Source: a virus (lineage: Duplodnaviria > Caudoviricetes). From it: a stretch of DNA of 59,458 nucleotides. The stretch lies in the IMG/VR virus record IMGVR_UViG_3300042542_000678, positions 1 through 59,458 of that record. One strand, written 5' to 3'. The position numbers and the translations under genes are program-made. The first letter of the stretch is position 1. The number at the start of each line of letters is the position of its first letter. Below, in pieces: positions 19,436 to 26,752 of this stretch. Under the pieces are notes generated by a model. The model ran no database searches. It was not told the DNA's origin and was given only the letters and a program-made list of their open reading frames with translations.

Positions 19436-19608
19436 TTGTATCCACCACCCTTAGCTTTATATTCTTTGGCAACCATCTGCGCCTTACGAGCGCTCCACTC
19501 GCCGGGGTCACCACCCTTGCTACCAGCCTTCACTTTAGCCACCAACGCCTTACGCATTGTTGGTTTGGTGTAATTGCCAGCAGCATTAACAGTAGATTTT
19601 ATTTTCAT
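19432..19608 (-). CDS. Basic protein, DUF5872-like N-terminal half (not in ORF track)
   Basis: NYTKPTMRK...KGGDPGEWSARKAQMVAKEYKAKGGGYK; ATGA overlap with next gene. Confidence 0.75.
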   Translation of the reverse strand: MKIKSTVNAAGNYTKPTMRKALVAKVKAGSKGGDPGEWSARKAQMVAKEYKAKGGGYK

Positions 19609-19621
19609 TATTCACCTTTAT

Positions 19622-19695
19622 TGGCACACCCCCAGAGATTCGAACTCCGACTAACAGTTTTGGAGACTGCTATGCTGCCGTTACATCAGAGGCAT
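19622..19695 (-). tRNA. tRNA-Trp(CCA)
   Basis: 74-nt cloverleaf: ATGCCTC/GGGGTGT acceptor, GCAGT-CTCCAAA-ACTGT anticodon arm, CGGAG-TTCGAAT-CTCTG T arm, G73, encoded CCA. Confidence 0.88.
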
Positions 19696-19709
19696 ATTCT
19701 TAACAAGTA

Positions 19710-19979
19710 TTACCACTTAACCTTATCAGCCCAATAGGCTGCTGACATCTTGCCTTTAGCAATGTTGCTGGCATGCCTAGCCTTGAAGCTCTCTTGCCTG
19801 TTCTTGTCCTTCTCAGTCTTTGGAGAAGCACCAGCACCGCTAACACCCTGCTGTCCAAACCTAATGAGCTTCACGCTGTCACCCTCTTTGGCTAACACAA
19901 CATGACTCTTAGTTGGATGCTTCGGTGTAGCTTTAGGCTTGTTATACCCTGAAAACTCTTCTTTGCCACGTTTAATCAT
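19710..19979 (-). CDS. Small basic conserved phage protein
   Basis: KLIRFGQQG...SFKARH...SAAYWA.KVKW motif. Confidence 0.75.
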   Translation of the reverse strand: MIKRGKEEFSGYNKPKATPKHPTKSHVVLAKEGDSVKLIRFGQQGVSGAGASPKTEKDKNRQESFKARHASNIAKGKMSAAYWADKVKW

Positions 19980-20257
19980 TAGTAACGACCCTTGCCTTTC
20001 CTATCGCGCCAGCCCTCAGCCTTCATAGCCGCTTCAACTCTGTCTAACGGAAAATAGAAACCTGTATGCTTTTCCAGCGCCGCTCTAACAAAGTAAACAT
20101 CAGAATGAGGGATGTGAACAGTTTCAGCTTTGTCTTTATATATAGCTTTATAGACATGAGTCGCCGCGCTATAGGGTAACACATCAAGAAGACCTGCATT
20201 AATCACTTGTTCTTTTGTTGAACAAACATTCAGTTTAATGGCATTAGTGCATTTCAT
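19979..20257 (-). CDS. Hypothetical protein, first gene of the late arm
   Basis: HIPHSDVYFVRAALE motif; stop coupled to next start. Confidence 0.6.
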   Translation of the reverse strand: MKCTNAIKLNVCSTKEQVINAGLLDVLPYSAATHVYKAIYKDKAETVHIPHSDVYFVRAALEKHTGFYFPLDRVEAAMKAEGWRDRKGKGRY

Positions 20258-20749
20258 ATCGTGAATTATTATTGTTATTCTATCTATTGTCTACTATATA
20301 GACTTTAAAGCTCTTTAGCGCTACAGGGATTCATTAATTACTATATTAATTGTTTGTTGTTTGTTACACAGAAGCTACAAGCATCATCAGCGTTGTTGTC
20401 TTCTAAGCCCCCTAATCCCCCAATAGAGGTAGTTTTACCGTTTTGAGAAATCTTGTCAAGTGTTATTTTTACATGGTGTTGCTTTCATGTTGAATTGTAG
20501 CACACTTAGGAAGACAAACAACAATGGCCCTAGTGCAAATAGCATCCGTCTATGTCTGCTACAGCATAGCTTAGCATGGATTAAACGACTGTGGTGGCAT
20601 TTGTTTTAGATGGCTGAGGGGTGGGTAGCTTAACCACTTTAAACGCCTGTGTTATTGCTCTCCACAAATCATAGCGTGTGGGAATGGCTGTAGAAAGCTG
20701 TGTGGTTAACAGACTCATTTTCCTGATTTTTGAGTGTGGCTGTATACAT

Positions 20750-21320
20750 ATAGCGCCGTACCCCCCACTGGCCCACACCCGCCCACGCTTAGCCGCGCAC
20801 TGGCGCACACTCGCGCAGCCCTGCACATCCAGCGGCAGGTGAGCGCTACAGCCCTGCGTAAATTCACCCGTCATTCAAAAGAGTCTTAAGAATCAATGAC
20901 TTATAAGACTCTTGAAACTGATTCAAAATCAGCTGCGACATGATATGTTACTGACTAACCGGTCATTAAATACCATACCCCTACACTGTGAAGGGTCGGT
21001 ATATCTATATCCCTATACATCGTATAGTGACTACTCAGTCTACATTGCAACTAATGAGTCAATGCTGCAATGCAATAAACGATGCAAATAATCAACAGCT
21101 TATATATCCCAATGCTGCAATGCAACAAACGACAATGTTGATGAAAGCCTCGCACAAACCGAAGGCTTGTCTACGCCAAGCTTCAGGCATACATACGCAG
21201 CAGCTTTGCTGCCAACAACAAACAACAAAACAATTAAATGACGAAAAGCCTCGCATGACATAGGCATCACTCGCGCATGTAATGCAAGCGTCATACGCCG
21301 CAGCTTTGCTGCCTGAGAAA
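20750..21320. repeat. Non-coding divergence region with direct/inverted repeats (probable termini/origin region)
   Basis: GC-rich block 20750-20860; IR AGAGTCTTA..TAAGACTCT 20880-20912; CAATGCTGCAATGCAA at 21060 and 21110; CATACGCmGCAGCTTTGCTGCC at 21192 and 21292. Confidence 0.7.
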
Positions 21321-21328
21321 CCCTACAC

Positions 21329-21358
21329 TTGACAGGGCTATTGAAATGTTTGTATAAT
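21329..21358 (+). promoter_or_regulatory. Early sigma70 promoter P1
   Basis: TTGACA-18 nt-TATAAT. Confidence 0.85.
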
Positions 21359-21416
21359 TGAGGCCGAAACAGCGATGTTGCTGCTTCAAAACGCTACACT
21401 ACCGAAGGTAAACACC

Positions 21417-21647
21417 ATGAAAAAATCACTCAAACGCATTTTCTTTATCTATAGCGAAGCTACTCTCGCTGTGTTCTTTGCCGCCATGTCACTGCTTGAA
21501 GTAGCTTGCTACTTTGCTATTCCGTCATCGGTAAGCTTTGCTGGTGAGCTTGCCCTAGGTGCTGCAATAGGCTTTGCCTTGATGACAGTTGTGTTGGTAA
21601 ATGTAATTTACCGGAATGAAAAGCGTAACAGCATTAACATTATCTGA
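21417..21647 (+). CDS. Small membrane protein (two hydrophobic segments)
   Basis: ATG at 21417 after AAGGT; MKKSLKRIFF... Confidence 0.6.
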   Translation: MKKSLKRIFFIYSEATLAVFFAAMSLLEVACYFAIPSSVSFAGELALGAAIGFALMTVVLVNVIYRNEKRNSINII

Positions 21648-21659
21648 AAGATAAACATC

Positions 21660-21857
21660 ATGCAAACCGAACAAATTATCACTGCCTTACACAATGCGAA
21701 GCTGTACGAAGCAGCGAAGCTGCAATGCAATAACTCTAACATTGACAAACTGTCAATGATTATTGCAGTGGCGACAGGGAATGTTGCAACATACAAAGTA
21801 TTGTATGAAATGTTTTGCGAATTGCAAAGCGGCAGCCAAACCTACAACATTATCTGA
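21660..21857 (+). CDS. Hypothetical early protein
   Basis: 65 aa ORF in coupled array. Confidence 0.6.
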   Translation: MQTEQIITALHNAKLYEAAKLQCNNSNIDKLSMIIAVATGNVATYKVLYEMFCELQSGSQTYNII

Positions 21858-21865
21858 AAGATAAC

Positions 21866-21973
21866 ATGAAACATTTGCTCAATTGGCTGACAAACCCTCA
21901 GCCTGTGTCATTAATGACATTCATGTCACCCGTCATAGTGCTTGCTGTGATGTTCGCCATTTTCACTTACTGA
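21866..21973 (+). CDS. 35-aa hydrophobic peptide (not in ORF track)
   Basis: MKHLLNWLTNPQPVSLMTFMSPVIVLAVMFAIFTY; bounded by the same hairpin motif as neighbouring genes. Confidence 0.55.
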   Translation: MKHLLNWLTNPQPVSLMTFMSPVIVLAVMFAIFTY

Positions 21974-21982
21974 AAGTAACTT

Positions 21983-22174
21983 ATGCAAATCGTCACATTG
22001 AAAACCGCCAAAATTGGTGAATACATTAAACGCAAAGCTGACAGCAAAGCTGTATACATCAAGGGTGCATATGACAGAACGACAAAGTCGTTTAGCTGCA
22101 TTGATGTCGAAGACATTTGCCGTGAGATATTTATCAAGGCTGATAAGCCTGTCGTAATCGGCTTCACATATTAA
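21983..22174 (+). CDS. Hypothetical early protein
   Basis: 63 aa ORF ending GFTY. Confidence 0.65.
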   Translation: MQIVTLKTAKIGEYIKRKADSKAVYIKGAYDRTTKSFSCIDVEDICREIFIKADKPVVIGFTY

Positions 22175-22200
22175 ATCGTAGATTTACCTGAAAGTAAACA

Positions 22201-22455
22201 ATGCAAACTATCCGCAACATTCTCGCAAAAGCCGTAGGCTTTACAGTCATTGGTAAGGGCAGCAAGAAACGCCATTACACATTCACATTCAGCGAAGCTG
22301 CTGAGTGGGCAGCATGCTATGGCAGACATGGTGGTGCAAGCATATACAAGGGTGGCATATGGGTAGCATCCAGAGGCAAGCATACGAAACCGCAGGTTTA
22401 TAAAGCTTGGGATGAAAGCCCTAGACTTGACAGGGTTATTGCAAAGTCGTTATAA
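22201..22455 (+). CDS. Hypothetical early protein
   Basis: 84 aa ORF; 3' end runs through promoter P2. Confidence 0.6.
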   Translation: MQTIRNILAKAVGFTVIGKGSKKRHYTFTFSEAAEWAACYGRHGGASIYKGGIWVASRGKHTKPQVYKAWDESPRLDRVIAKSL

Positions 22456-22456
22456 T
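22427..22456 (+). promoter_or_regulatory. Early sigma70 promoter P2
   Basis: TTGACA-18 nt-TATAAT; shares TATAATTGAGGCCGAAACAGC with P1. Confidence 0.85.
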
Positions 22457-22504
22457 TGAGGCCGAAACAGCAATTTCGCTGTGTCACTTACCATAGGTAA
22501 ACAA

Positions 22505-22714
22505 ATGGAAATTATCGTTGAAATTAAAAATGTCTACGGAGTAGAGCAAGTCTACCCTGTATGCAATAAAGCAAAGCTTTTTGCTTCAATTGCAGGGACT
22601 AAAACACTTACTTACAAAGTACTTGCCGATGTTGCGGTACTAGGTTACAAAGTAACCTTGAAAGTGCCAACATTCAATCAATCCCACATTTTGCGTTTGA
22701 AAAATTATTCCTGA
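22505..22714 (+). CDS. Hypothetical early protein
   Basis: ATG 22505; KNVYG...YPVC..AKLFA.IAGTKTLT motif. Confidence 0.7.
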   Translation: MEIIVEIKNVYGVEQVYPVCNKAKLFASIAGTKTLTYKVLADVAVLGYKVTLKVPTFNQSHILRLKNYS

Positions 22715-22727
22715 AAGGAAACACATC

Positions 22728-23483
22728 ATGTTCAAGTCTAAAGCTTTGCTTTCCATCAATGCCGATGCAAAAACTAGCAAGGGTGAAACCTTCGGTTTTC
22801 TGACAGGCATTCTCTATCTAGCACCTTACCTTTCCACAAAGTGGAATACATGCAGCATGGCTAAGATCGCTGAGTGCGGCGAAGCTTGCTTGTACACTGC
22901 TGGCCGTGGTGCGATGTCCACTGTGGCAAATGGCCGTATCAACAAAACCATTTGGTTTTTTACTGAACGAAACAGCTTCATGCAACAGCTTGCTGTAAAC
23001 ATTCGACAGCTAGTGAGCAAAGCTGCTAAGCAAAGCTTAATCCCATTGGTTAGACTCAATGGTACTAGCGACATTCGCTGGGAAAGCGTAGCTTTTACAG
23101 ACACCGATGGTGTGGAATACTCTAGCATCTTCGATGCTTTCCCTACAGTGCAATTCTACGACTACACAAAGGATGTGAATCGTAAGGCTTTGCCTTTAAA
23201 TTACGATCTTACATTCAGCTACAGTGGTGTTGTAGGCTTTCAGCCTTTTGTAAACAAAGCCATTGAAAATGGTATGCGACTCGCTGTTGTTTTCCGTAGT
23301 GTTGCTGCTATACCGAAGGTATTTAAAGGCATGTCGGTCATCGGTGGCGACAACAGTGACATTCGTCACTTAGAGGATAAGGGTGTGGTTGTTGCGCTGT
23401 ATGCCAAGGGCAAAGCGAAGCTTGATATGACAGGCTTTGTCGTTGATGCAGCTAAGCCTGTATTCATGCTGCAAGCCGCCTAA
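22728..23483 (+). CDS. GP88-like protein (Cys cluster, radical-SAM-like)
   Basis: C-x7-C-x3-C cluster followed by AGRG; VRLNGTSDI and QFYDYTK motifs. Confidence 0.65.
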   Translation: MFKSKALLSINADAKTSKGETFGFLTGILYLAPYLSTKWNTCSMAKIAECGEACLYTAGRGAMSTVANGRINKTIWFFTERNSFMQQLAVNIRQLVSKAAKQSLIPLVRLNGTSDIRWESVAFTDTDGVEYSSIFDAFPTVQFYDYTKDVNRKALPLNYDLTFSYSGVVGFQPFVNKAIENGMRLAVVFRSVAAIPKVFKGMSVIGGDNSDIRHLEDKGVVVALYAKGKAKLDMTGFVVDAAKPVFMLQAA

Positions 23484-23659
23484 GCTTAGGCATTCCGTGT
23501 AAGGTTGCGAGTCAGCCTTATGCAGAGTGTCTGTGCCATGATGATGCGAATAGCCATGTGATGATGGGTTGCATTGTGGCACAGGGATCTAGGCCAAGCT
23601 AAGCATATGTTATGCGAGGCAAAAGCCGACTAAGTTGTAGGGTTGTTTTTCTGCAACAG

Positions 23660-23689
23660 TTGACAAGCGAAGCAAGATGTTTGTATAAT
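23660..23689 (+). promoter_or_regulatory. Early sigma70 promoter P3
   Basis: TTGACA-18 nt-TATAAT. Confidence 0.85.
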
Positions 23690-23695
23690 GTAAGG

Positions 23696-23730
23696 GCACT
23701 GATCGTAGTGCAGCAAGTCGCTCTTTAAAA
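23696..23730 (+). promoter_or_regulatory. Hairpin plus boxA-like antitermination site
   Basis: GCACT-GATCGT-AGTGC hairpin, then CGCTCTTTAAAA (cf. boxA consensus YGCTCTTTAACA). Confidence 0.6.
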
Positions 23731-23765
23731 ATCTAATGCTAGTGTCGGTGAGGGTGTGTGTTTCT

Positions 23766-23934
23766 TAGCAGGGCATGCATCACCACTATGGACTAGCCCA
23801 ATCTGTACAGGGTGAATGTACAGGGCATGCTGACATATCATGCTGATAATATGTGAGTGAATCCATTGTGGCTGTTGGGTGATGGCTAGACAATGGGTTT
23901 CAGACAGTGTATTTTGATGCATTGCCTGAAGCTA
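23766..23934 (+). ncRNA. Candidate structured RNA (multibranch)
   Basis: Closing stem CAGG..ATGCATCA / TGATGCAT..CCTG enclosing three hairpins; no credible + strand ORF. Confidence 0.45.
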
Positions 23935-23965
23935 TTTCGCTTCGCTTTCCTATAAGGAAATAAAC

Positions 23966-24394
23966 ATGGCTAAAACAATTATCCCTGTCACTGCTGGTGT
24001 ATCAACATGGGGTGAGAGTGCAGACTGTACAGTCAGGGCACTAGCTAACAGCACTGGTCTACGATATGGCAATGCCCATAACATACTGCGTCAACATGGC
24101 AGGAAAGACAAGCGAGGCTGCACCTGTAATGTGTGGCACGATGCATACATTTCCAATGGCATGTCACTGGTAGGTGTCTACGGCACAACCAAAGGGGCAC
24201 GATACCTAGCGAAGAAGATATCTGTTGTGGCACAGAATGGCACAACCCTTGGCAGCATATTGCCTAAGCTTACAAATGGCAGCTACATAGTCATCATTAC
24301 ACGGCATGCATTGGCTGTGGTCAATGGTGGTGTCGTTGACATGAATTTAAATCGGTCTAACAGCCGTGTCATTGCAGTGTATAAACATTCCTGA
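23966..24394 (+). CDS. Putative papain/C39-like cysteine peptidase-fold protein
   Basis: DCTVRAL (Cys) and RHALAVVNGGVVD (His, Asp) motifs. Confidence 0.45.
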   Translation: MAKTIIPVTAGVSTWGESADCTVRALANSTGLRYGNAHNILRQHGRKDKRGCTCNVWHDAYISNGMSLVGVYGTTKGARYLAKKISVVAQNGTTLGSILPKLTNGSYIVIITRHALAVVNGGVVDMNLNRSNSRVIAVYKHS

Positions 24395-24407
24395 AAGGAA
24401 ACATATT

Positions 24408-24659
24408 ATGACTTATTGCCAAAAACACAATTATACAATTACCCTTTACCCATATGGTGAGGATGTGGGCATGGGTATCGTCAAGATATCACCCTCTACA
24501 CAGTATGGGTATTGGGAACATGGATACGGCAGCGAGGGTGGTGGGCTGTGGTTTGAGGGTAAAGAACTGGCAGATTTTGATGGTGATTATATGCTGCCAA
24601 AGGCAGTGGTTAAAATGCTGCGAGATAATGGTTATGCATTAGATGAATCGTTTGATTAA
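24408..24659 (+). CDS. Hypothetical early protein
   Basis: ATG 24408 after AAGGAA; EGGGLWF...L.DFDG...LPK.V motif. Confidence 0.7.
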   Translation: MTYCQKHNYTITLYPYGEDVGMGIVKISPSTQYGYWEHGYGSEGGGLWFEGKELADFDGDYMLPKAVVKMLRDNGYALDESFD

Positions 24660-24679
24660 CTCCTGAAAGGAAACATATT

Positions 24680-25048
24680 ATGTTAGGCATTAATGTTAGA
24701 AACACAAAGGACAAACCCTTTGCTGATTTAATTGTCGATGGTTTTAAAACTATAGAGACACGGGAAAGCAATAGCTTATATCCCTATGTTGGCAAGCGAA
24801 TAGCAATTGTCAGGACAGGTATGGGTAAGGCATTTGCCATAGGCGAAGTTACTATCACTGGTTTTAGTTGGACAAATAGTAAATCAATTTTCGATACCTA
24901 TCAGCCCCTGCACATGGTGACTGAGGACAATGCCTTTTATTTTAAAGAAGGCACAGGCAAGTTCATGTATTTCTTAGAGAATGCTGTGCGTTATAAAACA
25001 CCTGTTGCTGTTGGCAAGGGTATAGTGGCTAGACAATTAATATCCTGA
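24680..25048 (+). CDS. ASCH/PUA-like domain protein
   Basis: PFADLIVDGFKTIETR matches the ASCH GxKxxExR motif. Confidence 0.75.
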   Translation: MLGINVRNTKDKPFADLIVDGFKTIETRESNSLYPYVGKRIAIVRTGMGKAFAIGEVTITGFSWTNSKSIFDTYQPLHMVTEDNAFYFKEGTGKFMYFLENAVRYKTPVAVGKGIVARQLIS

Positions 25049-25061
25049 AAGGAAACATATT

Positions 25062-25451
25062 ATGAAAGTATTCGTATACTTTAACCTGCACCGCAAGCTG
25101 TTCAGTATCAAGGCACTTGAGGGTGACATGAAGGGGCGTGTCATAGCACATCGTCAACAGGTGCTGCTCAATGATGCGACATTCAAGGTGTCTGAGGCAG
25201 GACGGCAGCGTGTCATCCGTGAGCGGCGTAAGAATGTACATGCTGGTGTCAGTGGCACATGGTTTGGCGATGATGATGTTCAGGGCAGGACTATTGCATT
25301 CACCACCATCAATGGCTCTGCCATTATGTACAACCCTTACAGGTACAGCACATTCGTTCACTTGTATGGTGAGCATCCGATAACATCTGCCCGACTTGTA
25401 GCGCTGAATGTCAGCGACAGCAAGCGTCCATCCATCCACACTTGGGACTAA
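25062..25451 (+). CDS. Conserved hypothetical phage protein
   Basis: VYFNLH...FKVSEAGRQRV.RE.RKNVHA...YNPY motif. Confidence 0.75.
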   Translation: MKVFVYFNLHRKLFSIKALEGDMKGRVIAHRQQVLLNDATFKVSEAGRQRVIRERRKNVHAGVSGTWFGDDDVQGRTIAFTTINGSAIMYNPYRYSTFVHLYGEHPITSARLVALNVSDSKRPSIHTWD

Positions 25452-25456
25452 ATAAT

Positions 25457-25759
25457 ATGTTACTTAAACTAGGCATATGGAATGTTCGCATTGTTAATAT
25501 TGGCGATCAATATGGCGGGTGGCGTCTTCCTAATGACAAAGCACCGATGGTAGAGTTCTACGATAATAGATATCCGCATACTGACTATGGGCAGTTTGTC
25601 TCACGCTATTATATCTCCACTATACTTAGTCAAGACAGCCGTGGAGGTGAGTACTCTAACGGACTGTGCCTAGATGGTGGAGTGCCAGCATGGCAGGTAT
25701 CTGCTGAGGATATGGCACAGGTTATAACCTTTCTGAAAGAACACAATGGAAACACCTAA
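25457..25759 (+). CDS. Hypothetical protein
   Basis: VEFYD...GQFVSRYY...GLCLDGGVPAW; ATG 25457. Confidence 0.65.
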   Translation: MLLKLGIWNVRIVNIGDQYGGWRLPNDKAPMVEFYDNRYPHTDYGQFVSRYYISTILSQDSRGGEYSNGLCLDGGVPAWQVSAEDMAQVITFLKEHNGNT

Positions 25760-25958
25760 ATGTTATTACAGCTTTTCTCAATCAGCCGATGACGATATTA
25801 ATAATTGGAGCGTCATTGTAGATGGGTCACCAATATGCAGCAAGCGTACATTCCCTGAAGCTGTGCGCTGTGCTGAGAGTTTTAAACTAAACCCTTGCCT
25901 ATACTTTTGGAATGGTGTTATAGGACAGTTTGTTCAACTAGGTATATTGAAGAGGTGA
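25746..25958 (+). CDS. Hypothetical protein
   Basis: 70 aa ORF in array. Confidence 0.55.
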   Translation: METPKCYYSFSQSADDDINNWSVIVDGSPICSKRTFPEAVRCAESFKLNPCLYFWNGVIGQFVQLGILKR

Positions 25959-25962
25959 GAGC

Positions 25963-26181
25963 ATGACAACATACATAGACATGTTTAATGTAGACAACTA
26001 CTACACATGGGAGATGGCAGAGTTACAAGGTGCTGTATACACAGTGAAGATATACTCTGTTGATGACCCCAATGAGTTTCCCGGCTCATATATTATATCA
26101 GACATACTTGATGCCATCAATGTAACATGTGAGATGTTAGATGGTAGCCCACATGTTAGAACCCGTATTAGGAGCGAATAA
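25963..26181 (+). CDS. Hypothetical protein
   Basis: 72 aa ORF with GAGG SD. Confidence 0.55.
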   Translation: MTTYIDMFNVDNYYTWEMAELQGAVYTVKIYSVDDPNEFPGSYIISDILDAINVTCEMLDGSPHVRTRIRSE

Positions 26182-26182
26182 A

Positions 26183-26734
26183 ATGGCTAAAGCAGAACAA
26201 TCCCACGAAGACCAATTAAGCAATGTATTTTTTGCGGATGCATTTCCCGATGCTGATAGTCCCGCTGAACTGTATCGCCAAGTGTACAAATACACCGCTT
26301 GTGGTGCATATCTAAGTATGCAAATCGAATACTACAAAACCATAGAACCCGATGGGTTTAATGACTTTCCTTTTGACAAACTTATCAGCGAGTGGGTTCA
26401 TAGTGACGCACTACACCAACTTGGAACTTGGAAAGACTTAGACCAACAGGGAGTGCTGGTCACTGCAATGATGGTTGGCAGCATTGTCGAAGGCATAGAC
26501 CAATGCACAGAAAGTATTGAAGTCGAAGCCAATCAATTGGACGAAGAACCAGAGGAATTTCACAAGCGCTTTTATGCTGCCTTGGGTGAAGTTGAACAGG
26601 AAGCTGAGTCTATTTGGAATGATACTCATGGATGCGAAACATGTGCCGAACATTGGGGCATTAACCTTGACGAAAAACTGTCCCCTGTTTGGACTAAATG
26701 CCCTGATTGTCAAGGGCATGGTACACCAATTTAA
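26183..26734 (+). CDS. Acidic hypothetical protein with C-terminal CxxC...CxxC
   Basis: ATG 26183 after AGGAG; CETC and CPDC. Confidence 0.65.
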   Translation: MAKAEQSHEDQLSNVFFADAFPDADSPAELYRQVYKYTACGAYLSMQIEYYKTIEPDGFNDFPFDKLISEWVHSDALHQLGTWKDLDQQGVLVTAMMVGSIVEGIDQCTESIEVEANQLDEEPEEFHKRFYAALGEVEQEAESIWNDTHGCETCAEHWGINLDEKLSPVWTKCPDCQGHGTPI

Positions 26735-26752
26735 TTATTAGGAGCAAATGAA

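Noticed and set aside
19622-19695. Stop-codon reassignment / suppressor tRNA
   Set aside because: Anticodon is CCA, and TGA, TAA and TAG all end genes normally with intact long ORFs
20431-20459. Late-arm promoter (TTGACA on - strand at 20459)
   Set aside because: The -10 (TAAAAC at 16 nt) is weak; plausible but not supportable
20581-21294. ORFs 20581..20874, 20988..21263 and 21100..21294
   Set aside because: Lie in the repeat-rich divergence region, lack RBS and have no protein-like motifs
21357-21372. Hammerhead-like TGAGGCCGAAAC after P1/P2
   Set aside because: No CUGAUGA core or flanking stems
21400-25748. CRISPR array or integron attC array
   Set aside because: Repeats are only 11-21 nt and separated by whole genes; no cas genes, no attC R/L box structure, and the integrase shows no evident IntI features
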